A stretch of DNA of 64,000 nt from a virus: the IMG/VR virus record IMGVR_UViG_3300010278_000003, one strand, 5' to 3'. Position 1 is the stretch's first letter, and every line of letters starts with the position of its first letter. This document shows positions 38,236 through 48,938 of this stretch, one piece after another. The position numbers were made by a program, and so were the translations under genes. Under the pieces are notes generated by a model. That model was not told where the DNA came from, searched no databases, and saw nothing but the letters and a program-made list of their open reading frames with translations.

Positions 38236-39315
38236 ATGACCGCCCAAGAATTAAAGGAAAAATTAAAAGAAGATGACGTTAGAAAGTTGCTTATAGAAAT
38301 GGGGGCGACTTTCTATTATGAAGATGATGATATGTGGATTACAGATACTATATGTCATCATGGTACAAAGCCTAAATTGTATTATTACAAAGATTCAATG
38401 TCTTTCCATTGCTATACAGAATGTGGTCAGTTGGATATCATCGGTGTTGTAATGGGATATAAAGATTATGAGCAGGAAGAATTTCAAAAAGCGATTAACT
38501 GGATATGTGTAAAACTCAATTTGGATAATTGTGAATATGGATTTGGAAAGCAAGAACAAATATCTGACTGGGAATTTATTAGGAAGTATAAAAAGAGCAG
38601 TAAAAAGGAAGTTAAAGAAAAACCATTAGTTCCATATGATAAGAGTATTTTAAATATTTTTCAGAAGCTTTATACAGAGGAATGGATAAAAGAAGGAATA
38701 TCAATTGAGACTATGGAGAAATACAACATTCTTTATTCTACATGGCAACAGAAAATAATCATTCCTCATTTTGATGTGAATAATCAATTGATAGGAGTTC
38801 GTGGAAGATCATTAATAGATGAAGATATTGAATTGTTCGGTAAATATACTCCATTTAAGGTTGGAAGAAGATTTTACAATCATTCTTTAGGAATGAATCT
38901 ATTTGGCTTGAATCACAATATAAAAGCTATTCAGAGGAAAAGAAAAATAATGCTTGTGGAAGCTGAAAAATCAGTATTCCAAACTGACACAATGTTTGGA
39001 GAAGATAATTTTACAGTTGCTTTATGTGGAAGTAATCTGACAGATTATCAAAAAGGAATGATTTTGATGCTCGGTGTTAGAGAAGTAATTATTGCATTGG
39101 ACAAGCAATATGAAACTATTGATTCTGATGAATGTAAGAAATGGGCAAAACACATAAAGGACAAAATTATTGATAAATTGAGTCCATTTGTGGTTGTTTC
39201 GGTTCTTTGGGACACAAATGATTTACTTGAATATAAGGATAGTCCAACAGATAGAGGAAAAGAAACTTTACTTCAACTAATGGAGAATAAAATATATGTA
39301 GGAACTAATCAATAA
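38236..39315 (+). CDS. DnaG-like DNA primase
   Basis: CHC2 zinc finger (ICHHGTKPKLYYY…SFHCYTECGQLDIIG). Toprim-like IMLVEAEKSVFQ. Confidence 0.65.
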   Translation: MTAQELKEKLKEDDVRKLLIEMGATFYYEDDDMWITDTICHHGTKPKLYYYKDSMSFHCYTECGQLDIIGVVMGYKDYEQEEFQKAINWICVKLNLDNCEYGFGKQEQISDWEFIRKYKKSSKKEVKEKPLVPYDKSILNIFQKLYTEEWIKEGISIETMEKYNILYSTWQQKIIIPHFDVNNQLIGVRGRSLIDEDIELFGKYTPFKVGRRFYNHSLGMNLFGLNHNIKAIQRKRKIMLVEAEKSVFQTDTMFGEDNFTVALCGSNLTDYQKGMILMLGVREVIIALDKQYETIDSDECKKWAKHIKDKIIDKLSPFVVVSVLWDTNDLLEYKDSPTDRGKETLLQLMENKIYVGTNQ

Positions 39316-39330
39316 GGAAGGAGTGTAGAT

Positions 39331-41070
39331 TTGAGTTTCAAATACGATGTATTAGGTCACGTAAGGTTCGGAAATGAGTTGGAAGATATTTTGAAATTAA
39401 AAGGTATCAAAGATATAAACTCCTTCCTGAATCCTACTATTAAAAATACAGAGAATGAATTACTCTTTGATAATATTGAAAAAGCAAGAGATGTGTTTGT
39501 AAAACACATCGAAAATAAAAGTGTGATAGATTTATTGGTAGATTGTGATGTTGATGGATTTACGTCAGCATCCAATATTTATCAGTATATAAAAAGATTA
39601 AGCCTCGACATTGAAGTTAGATGTTTTATTCACAAAGGTAAAATTCATGGATTATCCGAATTTGTGGATAGTATGTGTGAAGACGATTCAAATCTTGTTA
39701 TTGTTCCAGATGCAGGATCAGGAGATTCAAAAGAATGTAAGAAACTTATCGAAAGTGGAAAAGATATCATTATTTTAGACCATCATAGTATTGATGCTTC
39801 TGATAATCCAGCAATAGTAGTAAACAATCAGCTTTCATATAAAATAACTGACAAAGCTATGACAGGTGTTGGAATTACATATAAATTCACAAAGCTATTA
39901 GATAAGTATTATGGTGTGAATTATGCAGATGATTATTTGGATTTAGTTGCATTGGGGATGATTGGAGATAGGGCTGATACAATTAATCTTCAAACAAGAT
40001 ACCTTATATTAAAAGGATTGGAACAGATACGAAATAAAGTTAATAAAAATAAACTTATATCTGTTCTAGTAGATGCTCAGATGTATTCAATGAATAATAA
40101 AATCACAATAAACGGAATTGGATTTTATGTATGTCCTCTTATGAACTCAATGATTCGATTAGGAGAATATGAAGATAAGTGTTATATGTTTGAAGCATTA
40201 TGTAATTCAGATGATATGCTTGACAGAAAAGTACGAGGAAAAGGTGTAGTTAATATGACTATTCAAGAATACGTTCTAAAGGCTTGTCAATCATCAAATA
40301 GAAAACAGAAAAAAATAACAGAGGAAAGTGCTGCTGTTTTATCTGAGGAAATTAAGAAGTTTAATATGGACAAATTACCCATTCTTGTATGTAATGCAAG
40401 AGATGATGTTGATAGTAATTCGACAGGTCTTATTGCTAATAGACTTGCAGATCAATATCAAAGACCATGTTTATTAATGAGGAGAAAAGGTGATATTTGT
40501 AAAGGAAGTGGTCGTGGTAGTGATAAATGTGAAATTTTAGACTTTAATCAGTGGTGTAAAGATACAGGATTATTCAATAAGGTAGAAGGTCATCCAGGAG
40601 CATTTGGATGTGAGATTAATTTTGAAAACACAAATAAGCTGTTCTCATTACTTTCTACAATGCGAAAGATTGATGAGCCAACATATCATGTATATAACGT
40701 GTATAATGCAAATCAGATTCATGATCAAATCATTAAAAATGTTGCAAAATGGGATGCGATTTGGGGTAACACAGTGAGTGAACCTATCTTTCTTATTAAG
40801 AATATTCCGTGTAATAAATACAATCTTTATCTATTGGGTTCAAAACAGAATAAGATTGAATTTACATATCATAATATAAAATTTGTAAAACAGACAAAAG
40901 GTAGTTCACTAGCTTCCTTATATAAAGAGATTATTTCTATTGGAGATAACTTTGAATTTGATATTGTCGGTAGATTTTCGATTGACTATAAATCTGGTAA
41001 AGTTGCTCAAGTGTTAATTGAAGATTGGATGTTTTATAAAAGTAACAAAGTACAAGGATTTTTCGGATAA
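39331..41070 (+). CDS. DHH-family phosphoesterase (RecJ-like)
   Basis: DHH motifs DCDVDGFTSAS and IIILDHHS. Later EGHPGAFG (GGGH-like). TTG start after AAGGAAGGAGTG. Confidence 0.6.
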   Translation: MSFKYDVLGHVRFGNELEDILKLKGIKDINSFLNPTIKNTENELLFDNIEKARDVFVKHIENKSVIDLLVDCDVDGFTSASNIYQYIKRLSLDIEVRCFIHKGKIHGLSEFVDSMCEDDSNLVIVPDAGSGDSKECKKLIESGKDIIILDHHSIDASDNPAIVVNNQLSYKITDKAMTGVGITYKFTKLLDKYYGVNYADDYLDLVALGMIGDRADTINLQTRYLILKGLEQIRNKVNKNKLISVLVDAQMYSMNNKITINGIGFYVCPLMNSMIRLGEYEDKCYMFEALCNSDDMLDRKVRGKGVVNMTIQEYVLKACQSSNRKQKKITEESAAVLSEEIKKFNMDKLPILVCNARDDVDSNSTGLIANRLADQYQRPCLLMRRKGDICKGSGRGSDKCEILDFNQWCKDTGLFNKVEGHPGAFGCEINFENTNKLFSLLSTMRKIDEPTYHVYNVYNANQIHDQIIKNVAKWDAIWGNTVSEPIFLIKNIPCNKYNLYLLGSKQNKIEFTYHNIKFVKQTKGSSLASLYKEIISIGDNFEFDIVGRFSIDYKSGKVAQVLIEDWMFYKSNKVQGFFG

Positions 41071-41083
41071 GAGGGTGGCTTAA

Positions 41084-43654
41084 ATAATAGATAAAAGTAA
41101 GATTTGGGGCTACGATTTCGAGGTCTATTCGAAGATTAATTGGTTTTGTGTAACTTTTATTAATCATGAGGATAGAACAAATGAAGTTGTAGTAGTAAAT
41201 GATAAACAAAAATTAACAGATTTCTATAACAAACATAAGGATGATATTTTTATCTCATATAACGGCAGACAATATGATACAGGAATTTTTAAAGGTATTC
41301 TTGATGGAATGAATGTCGGATATGTAAATGATAAGCTTATCAAGGAAGGTAAGAAACCTTTTCAAGTAGTGAAAAATGCGAAAAATTATCCCCTGAATGA
41401 TTATGATGCTATCCTTAAAGATAAATCGTTAAAACAGTTGGAAGCATTTATGGGTGATGATATTCGTGAGACAGAAGTGGACTTTAATATTGACAGACCA
41501 CTTACAGACGAAGAAATAAAACAGACATTATATTATAACAGGCATGATGTAATCGAGGTATTAAAAGTTCTTGATTATTGTTGGGATGATTTTGAAGGTC
41601 AGTTAGATATTATCGAGTTGTATGGACTTGATATGTCATACTTCACAAAAACAAAAGTTCAGTTAGCAGTTTCTCCAAAAATTCTAAATGCTGTGAACCA
41701 GCACACTCTCGATGATGAATTTGATATTCGTCTCCCTGAAACAATCCAATTATCAGATAAATATAAATTTATTCCAGAATGGTATCTCAATCCTAAGAAT
41801 TGGAGATATAAAGAACATTTACGTTCCGAAGATGATCAACATAACAATCAGTTATGCTGTACAGTTGCAGAAATTCCTCATATATTTGCATGGGGAGGAT
41901 GTCATGGTGCAGATGATAAACAGGCTGTGTTTGAAGGAATTATTCTTCATGCCGATGTTGCATCTATGTATCCTACAACAGATATTGAGTATGGATTGTT
42001 GAGTAGAAAATTTAAGAATCCTGATGACTTTAAACAGATGAGAAATTTCAGATTGAAACTTAAAGCTGAAGGTAATTCAAAGAATAAGGCATTAAAACCT
42101 ATGATAAATGGTGTATATGGAGCAGGAAAAGATAGAAATAATCCGTCTTATGATCCGTTAATGGCTAATCTGACTTGTATATTTGGACAGATGTTCATTC
42201 TTGATTTGATTGATAAGCTTGAACCTTATTGCAGATTATTACAAACAAATACAGATGGTATTTTCGTCCTTTGTGAGAATGAAGACATGAAGAATAAGGT
42301 AATTGAAATCACAAATGATGTAGGTAAACGACTTAAAATGGAATTTGAGATTGATGAATACACCAAGTTAATTCAAAAGGATGTAAATAACTATATCGCA
42401 GTTATGAAGAATGGTAAATTGGAATGTAAAGGTGCAATGGTAAAATTCAATAAACCTATTGATAATGATTTACCTATTCTCAATGATGCAGTTAGAAATT
42501 ACCTTGCATCTGGAATTCCGGTTGAACAGACAATCAATGAATGTACAGAATATATCAAGTTCCAAAAAGTTATTAAATTGTCTACAAAATACAAAGAGAT
42601 TTGGTATGGCAATGGTGTAGTTGCAAAAGATGGAAAGATTACTTCAATAAATGGAGAATTATTAAAGGGTAAAGTACATAGAGTGTTTGCCAGTAAAAGA
42701 ACATCAGACGGATCTATTTATAAATTGAAAGTTGAAAAAGGTGTTAAATCCTATGAACAGTTTGCAAATACACCTACTCATTTATTTATAGATAATGAAG
42801 ATATTCATGAAAAGAAAATTCCTGAATATTTAGACAAAGAGTATTACATCAATGAAGCAAAAAAACGAATCGAGATGTTTTTAACCAAAGATGAAGAAAA
42901 AGTAGATGAAACACCAAATATTTTATTCAAATGTATGTGTGAGAGTCCTACATTTTATGACTTTTTGGAAAAGTGTTCGGAGAATAATATAACGAAAAAA
43001 GTTTTAGAACAGTATCTTATTGCAGATTGTTGTTCAAATTATGGAAAGACAAAAAAGTTGTTACTGTTTAGAGATTATTTTCTTATGTTATATGGAAAAG
43101 ATAAAATGACAGTAACTACATTGAATAAAAAAATCTCTAATGAAAACATCAAATCTATTGTCATTTCTAATGCTGAACTGTCGAAAACAGGAAAGTCTTA
43201 TAACAATCTAAACTCTAAGAAAGCTCTTTTAGAAATATTCGATTATATTCCAGATGAACACATTGATCCATATGAAATTATGGAGATGCAAGTTAATAAG
43301 TTTGGAACAGTAAGATATAAAGATTCAAAACTTATTAATAGATATTTTGTGCTAAATACTCGAAATATCATCGCTCCAAATCTAATTCTTTATAACATGG
43401 GAAATGGAGAAATTCAGTATAGGAAGATTAAGAAAGAAATATTTAAAATTCTTCCTTTGCAGGATGGTGATATCATTGATGTTAAAAACTCAGAGAAACA
43501 ATTTGGTATGAAGATTGTAGGTAAGGATGATGAAGGAAAAAACATTGTAGTTGCTGATATAGACAAAGAATATGATGTAATTACTCAATATGACATTGTT
43601 TATAGAAAGTATGGTAAAGGAAATTCGCTTCTAACGGATTGTGAGGTATGCTAG
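41084..43654 (+). CDS. Family B DNA polymerase (start upstream of first ATG 41309; non-canonical initiation codon implied)
   Basis: Motif A DVASMYPT, motif B KPMINGVYGAGKD, motif C NTDGIFV. Exo I (GYDFEV, 41105..41122) and Exo II (YNGRQYDTGIF) lie in frame upstream of the first ATG. There is no ATG/GTG/TTG between stop 41081..41083 and 41309. GAGGGTGG RBS at 41071. Confidence 0.6.
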   Translation: MIDKSKIWGYDFEVYSKINWFCVTFINHEDRTNEVVVVNDKQKLTDFYNKHKDDIFISYNGRQYDTGIFKGILDGMNVGYVNDKLIKEGKKPFQVVKNAKNYPLNDYDAILKDKSLKQLEAFMGDDIRETEVDFNIDRPLTDEEIKQTLYYNRHDVIEVLKVLDYCWDDFEGQLDIIELYGLDMSYFTKTKVQLAVSPKILNAVNQHTLDDEFDIRLPETIQLSDKYKFIPEWYLNPKNWRYKEHLRSEDDQHNNQLCCTVAEIPHIFAWGGCHGADDKQAVFEGIILHADVASMYPTTDIEYGLLSRKFKNPDDFKQMRNFRLKLKAEGNSKNKALKPMINGVYGAGKDRNNPSYDPLMANLTCIFGQMFILDLIDKLEPYCRLLQTNTDGIFVLCENEDMKNKVIEITNDVGKRLKMEFEIDEYTKLIQKDVNNYIAVMKNGKLECKGAMVKFNKPIDNDLPILNDAVRNYLASGIPVEQTINECTEYIKFQKVIKLSTKYKEIWYGNGVVAKDGKITSINGELLKGKVHRVFASKRTSDGSIYKLKVEKGVKSYEQFANTPTHLFIDNEDIHEKKIPEYLDKEYYINEAKKRIEMFLTKDEEKVDETPNILFKCMCESPTFYDFLEKCSENNITKKVLEQYLIADCCSNYGKTKKLLLFRDYFLMLYGKDKMTVTTLNKKISNENIKSIVISNAELSKTGKSYNNLNSKKALLEIFDYIPDEHIDPYEIMEMQVNKFGTVRYKDSKLINRYFVLNTRNIIAPNLILYNMGNGEIQYRKIKKEIFKILPLQDGDIIDVKNSEKQFGMKIVGKDDEGKNIVVADIDKEYDVITQYDIVYRKYGKGNSLLTDCEVC

Positions 43655-45999
43655 TGGAAGAGGAAAAGATTTTAAAATTTGAATGTACTTTGGACAGGAT
43701 TTTCTATCCAAAGTATTGTAAAAAAGTTGAATCTGGTGAATTCGCCATATTCAGTGCCGTTATAACAAAATGGCTTGAAAATAAGATAGACGATTTATAT
43801 ACAATCAAGATGAAAGGAAATTGTTGCACGCTTGAATATGGAACAACATATAAGGTGTTTTGTAAATTAGCTGAAACACACGAACAATATGGTGATACAT
43901 ATGAGATTGTATATATCAGTAAATGTATTGATATTTCAAGTAAGGATAAACAAAAAGAATTTCTCAAAAATGTATTGAATGAGAATCTTGTTGATAAGTT
44001 ATTTGATGAATATGACGATGTTATTCAGCTTTTGGAGAATAGAGATGTAAAATCTCTTATGAAAATCAAAGGTATTGGTAATCAGGTAGCTTTAAAAATG
44101 ATTGATGAATACGAAGAATCAAAAGATTATAGTTCTATTTACATGGAACTTGGACAGTTAGGGTTTACTCATACATTCATTAAAAAATTAGTAGATTTTT
44201 ACCATTCGCCAGATACAGTAATTGATATAGTTAGAAACAACCCGTATGATATCATGCGTGTGGAGGGCGTTGGGTTCAAGAAGGCAGATGAAGTTGCTTG
44301 TAAAGTAGGAATTGGTCAGTATGACATTAGACGAATCAAAGGATTTTTATTACATCACTTAAATGACCAAGGAGAAGCAGGTAAGAGTTATCTTAATTAT
44401 CAGGAACTTATGAAAGCATTGTATGATACTTTGGGATTTGTACCAGAAGAGGTTGTAAATGCTACTGCAAAACAGATGATTGACAATGAAGATGTAGTTG
44501 TACTTGATAATGGATCGAAAATTGCACTTAAAAAGTTTTACAATTTGGAGAATAACATAATGAAAGAACTTATGAGACTTCAGATTGGACTTGTGAAAGT
44601 AGTAGAAAATGACTCGGATGAAGTAAATATTCACGATGATTATATTCCAAAGTCATTTAATATTGGTAATTGGGAATCAATTGTTAAAAAAGTAGAAGAA
44701 AAGCAGGGCTTTGATTTTACAGAAGAACAGAGAGCTGCTATCAAATTGAGTCTTGATAATCATGTTATGACTTTGACTGGTCTGGCTGGTGCAGGAAAAA
44801 CCAGCACAGCCAATGGTATTTGTTCATTATATGACGATTACAATATTTTAGCTTGTGCGTTATCTGGTAAAGCAAGTGTAAGAATCACAGAAGCGACTGG
44901 ATTACCTGCAAGTACAATTCATAGAGCTTTAGGATATCAAAATGGCGAGTTTATGTTCAACAAAGAGAATAAATTAGCAGTAGATATTGTTCTAATTGAT
45001 GAAGCAACTATGATAAACGGTACATTGTTTTTATCTTTACTAGAAGCAATTCCAACAGGTGCAAAAGTAATTATTATGGGAGATGTTCAACAGCTTACTC
45101 CAATCGGTAATTGCCAGGTATTCGCTGATATTCTCGATAGTAATGTACTCCCGGTTGTAAAACTTACAAAGCCACATAGACAGGCACTTATGAGTGGTAT
45201 CATTCCAACATCAATTAAAGTAGCAAATCAGGAACAGATTTTTGATAATAAATTTGAAGGAAACGCTATTCTTGGTGAATTAAAAGATATGGAATTAGAT
45301 ATATCAAATTCAAAAGAGTCTATGGCAGATTGTATTATTCGACACTTCCAAACAGAGATGGAAAAATTCAACGACATTATGGAAGTTCAAGTATGTGTTC
45401 CTATGAGGTTAAAAGGGGAACTATCTTGTTATAATCTTAACACAAAAATCCAAAGTCTTTATAATCCAAAATTCAATGATGGTAATGAGATTGAAATTTT
45501 CTTAGAGAAAAAGAATGATGAAGCTAAGAAATATATGATTAGAGTTGGAGATAAGGTACTTAACACAAAAAATAATTATAAGTGTACAAATCCCGATGGT
45601 GATGTAACACCTGTATTTAATGGAAATATAGGCATTGTCAAAGCAATCGAAGATAACGGATATTGCACAATTGATTTTGTTGGTATTGGTGAAGTGTTAT
45701 TCAGTAAAGGTGATTCAAAAAATCTTGAACTTGCGTATGCTTGTACAGTTCATAAAATGCAAGGATCTGGTTTTACTTCAACCATTGTTGGTATGGACAC
45801 AGGAAGTTACATAATGAATAATTCAGAATTGCTTTACACGGCAATCACAAGAGCAAAAAAATATTGTGTGTTAGTTGGTAACAATTATGCTATTACAAAA
45901 GCTATCCAAACAAAAGAGGTAAAAACAAAGCAGACATTTTTAAAAGATATGTTACTTGAAAACGCTTATAGATTAAAAGAAGACGAAAAAGGAGAATAA
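43648..45999 (+). CDS. RecD2/AAA_30-like ATP-dependent DNA helicase
   Basis: HhH motifs (IKGIGNQVALKMI, VEGVGFKKADEVA). Walker A LTGLAGAGKTST. Walker B VLIDEATMIN. Confidence 0.65.
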   Translation: MLVEEEKILKFECTLDRIFYPKYCKKVESGEFAIFSAVITKWLENKIDDLYTIKMKGNCCTLEYGTTYKVFCKLAETHEQYGDTYEIVYISKCIDISSKDKQKEFLKNVLNENLVDKLFDEYDDVIQLLENRDVKSLMKIKGIGNQVALKMIDEYEESKDYSSIYMELGQLGFTHTFIKKLVDFYHSPDTVIDIVRNNPYDIMRVEGVGFKKADEVACKVGIGQYDIRRIKGFLLHHLNDQGEAGKSYLNYQELMKALYDTLGFVPEEVVNATAKQMIDNEDVVVLDNGSKIALKKFYNLENNIMKELMRLQIGLVKVVENDSDEVNIHDDYIPKSFNIGNWESIVKKVEEKQGFDFTEEQRAAIKLSLDNHVMTLTGLAGAGKTSTANGICSLYDDYNILACALSGKASVRITEATGLPASTIHRALGYQNGEFMFNKENKLAVDIVLIDEATMINGTLFLSLLEAIPTGAKVIIMGDVQQLTPIGNCQVFADILDSNVLPVVKLTKPHRQALMSGIIPTSIKVANQEQIFDNKFEGNAILGELKDMELDISNSKESMADCIIRHFQTEMEKFNDIMEVQVCVPMRLKGELSCYNLNTKIQSLYNPKFNDGNEIEIFLEKKNDEAKKYMIRVGDKVLNTKNNYKCTNPDGDVTPVFNGNIGIVKAIEDNGYCTIDFVGIGEVLFSKGDSKNLELAYACTVHKMQGSGFTSTIVGMDTGSYIMNNSELLYTAITRAKKYCVLVGNNYAITKAIQTKEVKTKQTFLKDMLLENAYRLKEDEKGE

Positions 46000-46003
46000 A
46001 TAT

Positions 46004-46528
46004 ATGGCGAACATTTATGAATTAACAGGACAATTCCTTCAGCTTTTAGATATGTTAGAGGACGAAGAAGTAGACGAGCAGGTAATTATGGATACTCTTG
46101 AATTAGTTGAGTATGAGATTGAGGACAAGGCTGATGGATATGCAAAGATTATCAAAGCTCTTGAAGCAGATGTGGATGGAATTCAGAAGGAGAATGACAG
46201 ACTTACATCTCGTAAAAAGACATATGAGAATAGAATTAAGTGGTTAAAGCAGAATCTTGAAATGTGTATGAGAGCAACTGGTAAGAAGAAGTTTACAACT
46301 GATTTATTCTCATTCAATATTCAGAAGAATGGTGGTAAGAGAAAGCTTACAATTGATGTTGATGTAGAGAATATTCCAGAAGAGTATCGTATTAAGCAGC
46401 CAGACGCAGTTAATGGAGATAAATTAAGAGAATATTTAAAAGAGAATGGTCTTGAAGGTCAGGATGGTTCACTTAATTGTGAATGGTGTCATTTAGAGCC
46501 ACAGGGAGAGAGTTTGAGAATAAGATAA
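46004..46528 (+). CDS. Siphovirus Gp157-family protein
   Basis: MANIYELTGQFLQLLDMLEDEE…DTLELVEYEIEDKA N-terminus typical of Gp157 proteins found in phage recombination modules. Confidence 0.5.
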   Translation: MANIYELTGQFLQLLDMLEDEEVDEQVIMDTLELVEYEIEDKADGYAKIIKALEADVDGIQKENDRLTSRKKTYENRIKWLKQNLEMCMRATGKKKFTTDLFSFNIQKNGGKRKLTIDVDVENIPEEYRIKQPDAVNGDKLREYLKENGLEGQDGSLNCEWCHLEPQGESLRIR

Positions 46529-46611
46529 CAAATTTAGATTTCTGGAATGCCCATAAATAGGGCGTTTCAGAGACTCAAAAAGCCAATGAAAGACGGATTT
46601 CTTTCTTTCTA

Positions 46612-46660
46612 ATACAATATATAGTATGCAAGTGAAATGAAAATATACTATATATTGTAT
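46612..46660. repeat. Long perfect inverted repeat (hairpin), copy 2
   Basis: ATACAATATATAGTAT / ATACTATATATTGTAT with a 17-nt loop containing AAGTGAAAT. Differs from copy 1 (12955) by a compensated C/G to A/T change. Confidence 0.6.
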
Positions 46661-46694
46661 CTGCGGAAGATAAAATAACAAAATAGGAGGACAT

Positions 46695-47258
46695 ATGAGT
46701 TCAACAAGAGACAATACATATACAAATACAGACAAAAAGACATTTTATTTATCAGATGATGTAGATAACGAATCTATTGGCAAATTGATATGGGATATTT
46801 TATATCAGATTCGAGAAGACGATGAGAAAGATGAAAAAGAAAAAGATTATAAGCGTGAACCAGTTAAATTATACATCAACTCGTATGGTGGCTCTGTTTA
46901 TGATATGTGGGGATTAATTGATATTATTCTCAATAGCAAAACTCCGATCTATACATATTGTACAGGATATGCAATGAGTGCAGCTTTTAAGATTTTCTTA
47001 GCAGGTCATAAGAGATATTGTTATAAGCATTCAACATTTATGTATCATCAGATGAGTTGTTGGAGAAGTGGTAAATATCAGGATTTGGTAGAAGATAGAG
47101 AAGAAATGGACTGGCTGAATAAAAAGAATGAAGAATATGTAATCGACAGAACAAATCTCACAAAAGATGATATTAAGGAGATTCGTGAAAAGAAGAAAGA
47201 TTTTTATATTCATTCTGATGAGGCAGTTAAGTATGGAATTGTCGATGAAGTTTTGTAA
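46695..47258 (+). CDS. ClpP-like serine protease (S14 family)
   Basis: INSYGGSVYDMWGLIDII, GYAMSAAF (catalytic Ser context) and MYHQ (His). 187 aa. AGGAGGACAT RBS. Confidence 0.6.
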   Translation: MSSTRDNTYTNTDKKTFYLSDDVDNESIGKLIWDILYQIREDDEKDEKEKDYKREPVKLYINSYGGSVYDMWGLIDIILNSKTPIYTYCTGYAMSAAFKIFLAGHKRYCYKHSTFMYHQMSCWRSGKYQDLVEDREEMDWLNKKNEEYVIDRTNLTKDDIKEIREKKKDFYIHSDEAVKYGIVDEVL

Positions 47259-47315
47259 AGAATAGAGAATAATACAGTAGTAAAAATAAACTGATTTCTC
47301 GTGGGAGGTAAATTT

Positions 47316-47753
47316 ATGAGTAAGTCACAGGAAGATATAAAAAAAGAATTATATGAGTATTTTTCATATATGCAACAAGAAGATAACAAATCACTTTTGG
47401 GTGGCATGGCTTGGGACGACATTGCTTGGCATATCAAATATGCAGAAGATAACGGAATATCAAGAACACAACTAGGTTTTGATTTTCCTGAATTACTTGG
47501 GCATCTGATTATTGACGATGAAACATATGAAAAGGAAAAGAGAGAATATATTAAAGGAATTGAAATTTATAATCATAATGCAGACCTATTAAAAGCTAAT
47601 AAATGGAAATATAGATTAGTTGATGATTCAGAAGAAAGAAGATTACATTTGGCTAATAGATATATTCAATATGCAGAGAATTGTAAAGAATTATTAAAAG
47701 ACTTAGATATGCTTCACAAAGAATATTTAGATTATATGAAAAATATTAAATAA
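47316..47753 (+). CDS. hypothetical protein
   Basis: ATG 47316 after GGGAGGT. The track start GTG 47301 lies inside the SD. Confidence 0.45.
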   Translation: MSKSQEDIKKELYEYFSYMQQEDNKSLLGGMAWDDIAWHIKYAEDNGISRTQLGFDFPELLGHLIIDDETYEKEKREYIKGIEIYNHNADLLKANKWKYRLVDDSEERRLHLANRYIQYAENCKELLKDLDMLHKEYLDYMKNIK

Positions 47754-47792
47754 TAATTAAGTCCATCATTTACATGAAAGAGAGGTACAAAT

Positions 47793-48350
47793 ATGGTTTA
47801 TGGTGTATTTGGAGGTTGTTATAGTGATTGGTATGTAGTTGGTTATTTTAATAATCGTCAAGAAGCAGACAAATATTGCTGCTTATGTGGTGATGGTGAT
47901 TATTATGTAAAACCGTTAAAAGATTTAACTGATGAAAAAGATTTATCAAAAGTATCTTTAAAATATTGTCATGAAGTTTTATTTGATTGTAAAGATAATG
48001 AAAACAGATGGGTTATGAGAGAAGAACCTGAAAGGTACAATTGCTATATTGATAAGGATTTAAGATGTAATAGCATAAGGCAAGGAACACTATGTAGAAA
48101 TAATTGGGTATGTTTTAGTATAAATATTGACCATGATGATAGGAATTTAGCAGAAAAAATTGCTCAAGACTATTTAGCCGAACTTCGTTATTATGGCGAT
48201 GGAAAAATTTATGAAAAGAATATTGAATTGATGAATGATCAATTCGCAGCACCATTCAAAGAAAAAGAGAGAATAAGAAAAGAAGAAGAAATTAAACAAA
48301 AAGAACTTGCAGAATTAGAAAGGTTAAAAGCTAAATACGAAACAAAATAA
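47793..48350 (+). CDS. hypothetical Cys-rich protein
   Basis: 185-aa ORF. AAAGAGAGGTAC RBS. Confidence 0.5.
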   Translation: MVYGVFGGCYSDWYVVGYFNNRQEADKYCCLCGDGDYYVKPLKDLTDEKDLSKVSLKYCHEVLFDCKDNENRWVMREEPERYNCYIDKDLRCNSIRQGTLCRNNWVCFSINIDHDDRNLAEKIAQDYLAELRYYGDGKIYEKNIELMNDQFAAPFKEKERIRKEEEIKQKELAELERLKAKYETK

Positions 48351-48386
48351 ACGACAGTTTCTTCGGGAAATTAGGGAGGTAATAAA

Positions 48387-48635
48387 ATGCGAATAAAGAG
48401 AATTGTATCAATACACTTTACAGATAAAGAATATGATAGTTTGTTTGAGGCACAGCAAATTTGGCAGAAAATTGCAGATTTATTTGATGAAGAGGGAGTA
48501 CTTGACGATTGCCTTGAAGAAATGTTCGATTCGATGGATAAAAACTTTTCGGATTTGTTGGATATTGTTGATAGTGGCATTGAACAAGAAGAAATAGAAG
48601 AAGGCGACCATATAGCAGACTTACAGGGGAGATGA
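48387..48635 (+). CDS. hypothetical acidic protein
   Basis: 82-aa ORF. GGGAGGTAATAAA RBS. Confidence 0.45.
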   Translation: MRIKRIVSIHFTDKEYDSLFEAQQIWQKIADLFDEEGVLDDCLEEMFDSMDKNFSDLLDIVDSGIEQEEIEEGDHIADLQGR

Positions 48636-48641
48636 GAAAAA

Positions 48642-48938
48642 ATGGATGGAAAGAATATTAAACTAACACCAATAGACAAGATAGATTATATGATTAAATC
48701 TCTTCAAATAGCAAAAGAAGAGATCGAATATGCTCAGTTATGGAATCGACAGAAAACAAAACAAGGCAATGATTTCTATTGCTATTCAGGTTATGGTAGC
48801 AATCACAGATTTCCGAACGGAACGGTCGTAAGAGAATCTTTAAAAATGGTTAGTAGAATAGCAAACACTACCGCTAAAGAAATAACACTGTCACAGTATT
48901 GTGATAAAGTTTTTATAGGAGATAAAAGCAATGAATGA
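48642..48938 (+). CDS. hypothetical protein
   Basis: 98-aa ORF. Confidence 0.45.
   Translation: MDGKNIKLTPIDKIDYMIKSLQIAKEEIEYAQLWNRQKTKQGNDFYCYSGYGSNHRFPNGTVVRESLKMVSRIANTTAKEITLSQYCDKVFIGDKSNE

Noticed and set aside
46695-47258. ClpP-like gene as the start of the head-morphogenesis module
   Set aside because: No portal, scaffold, capsid or terminase genes follow. The downstream genes are small unknowns and membrane proteins.
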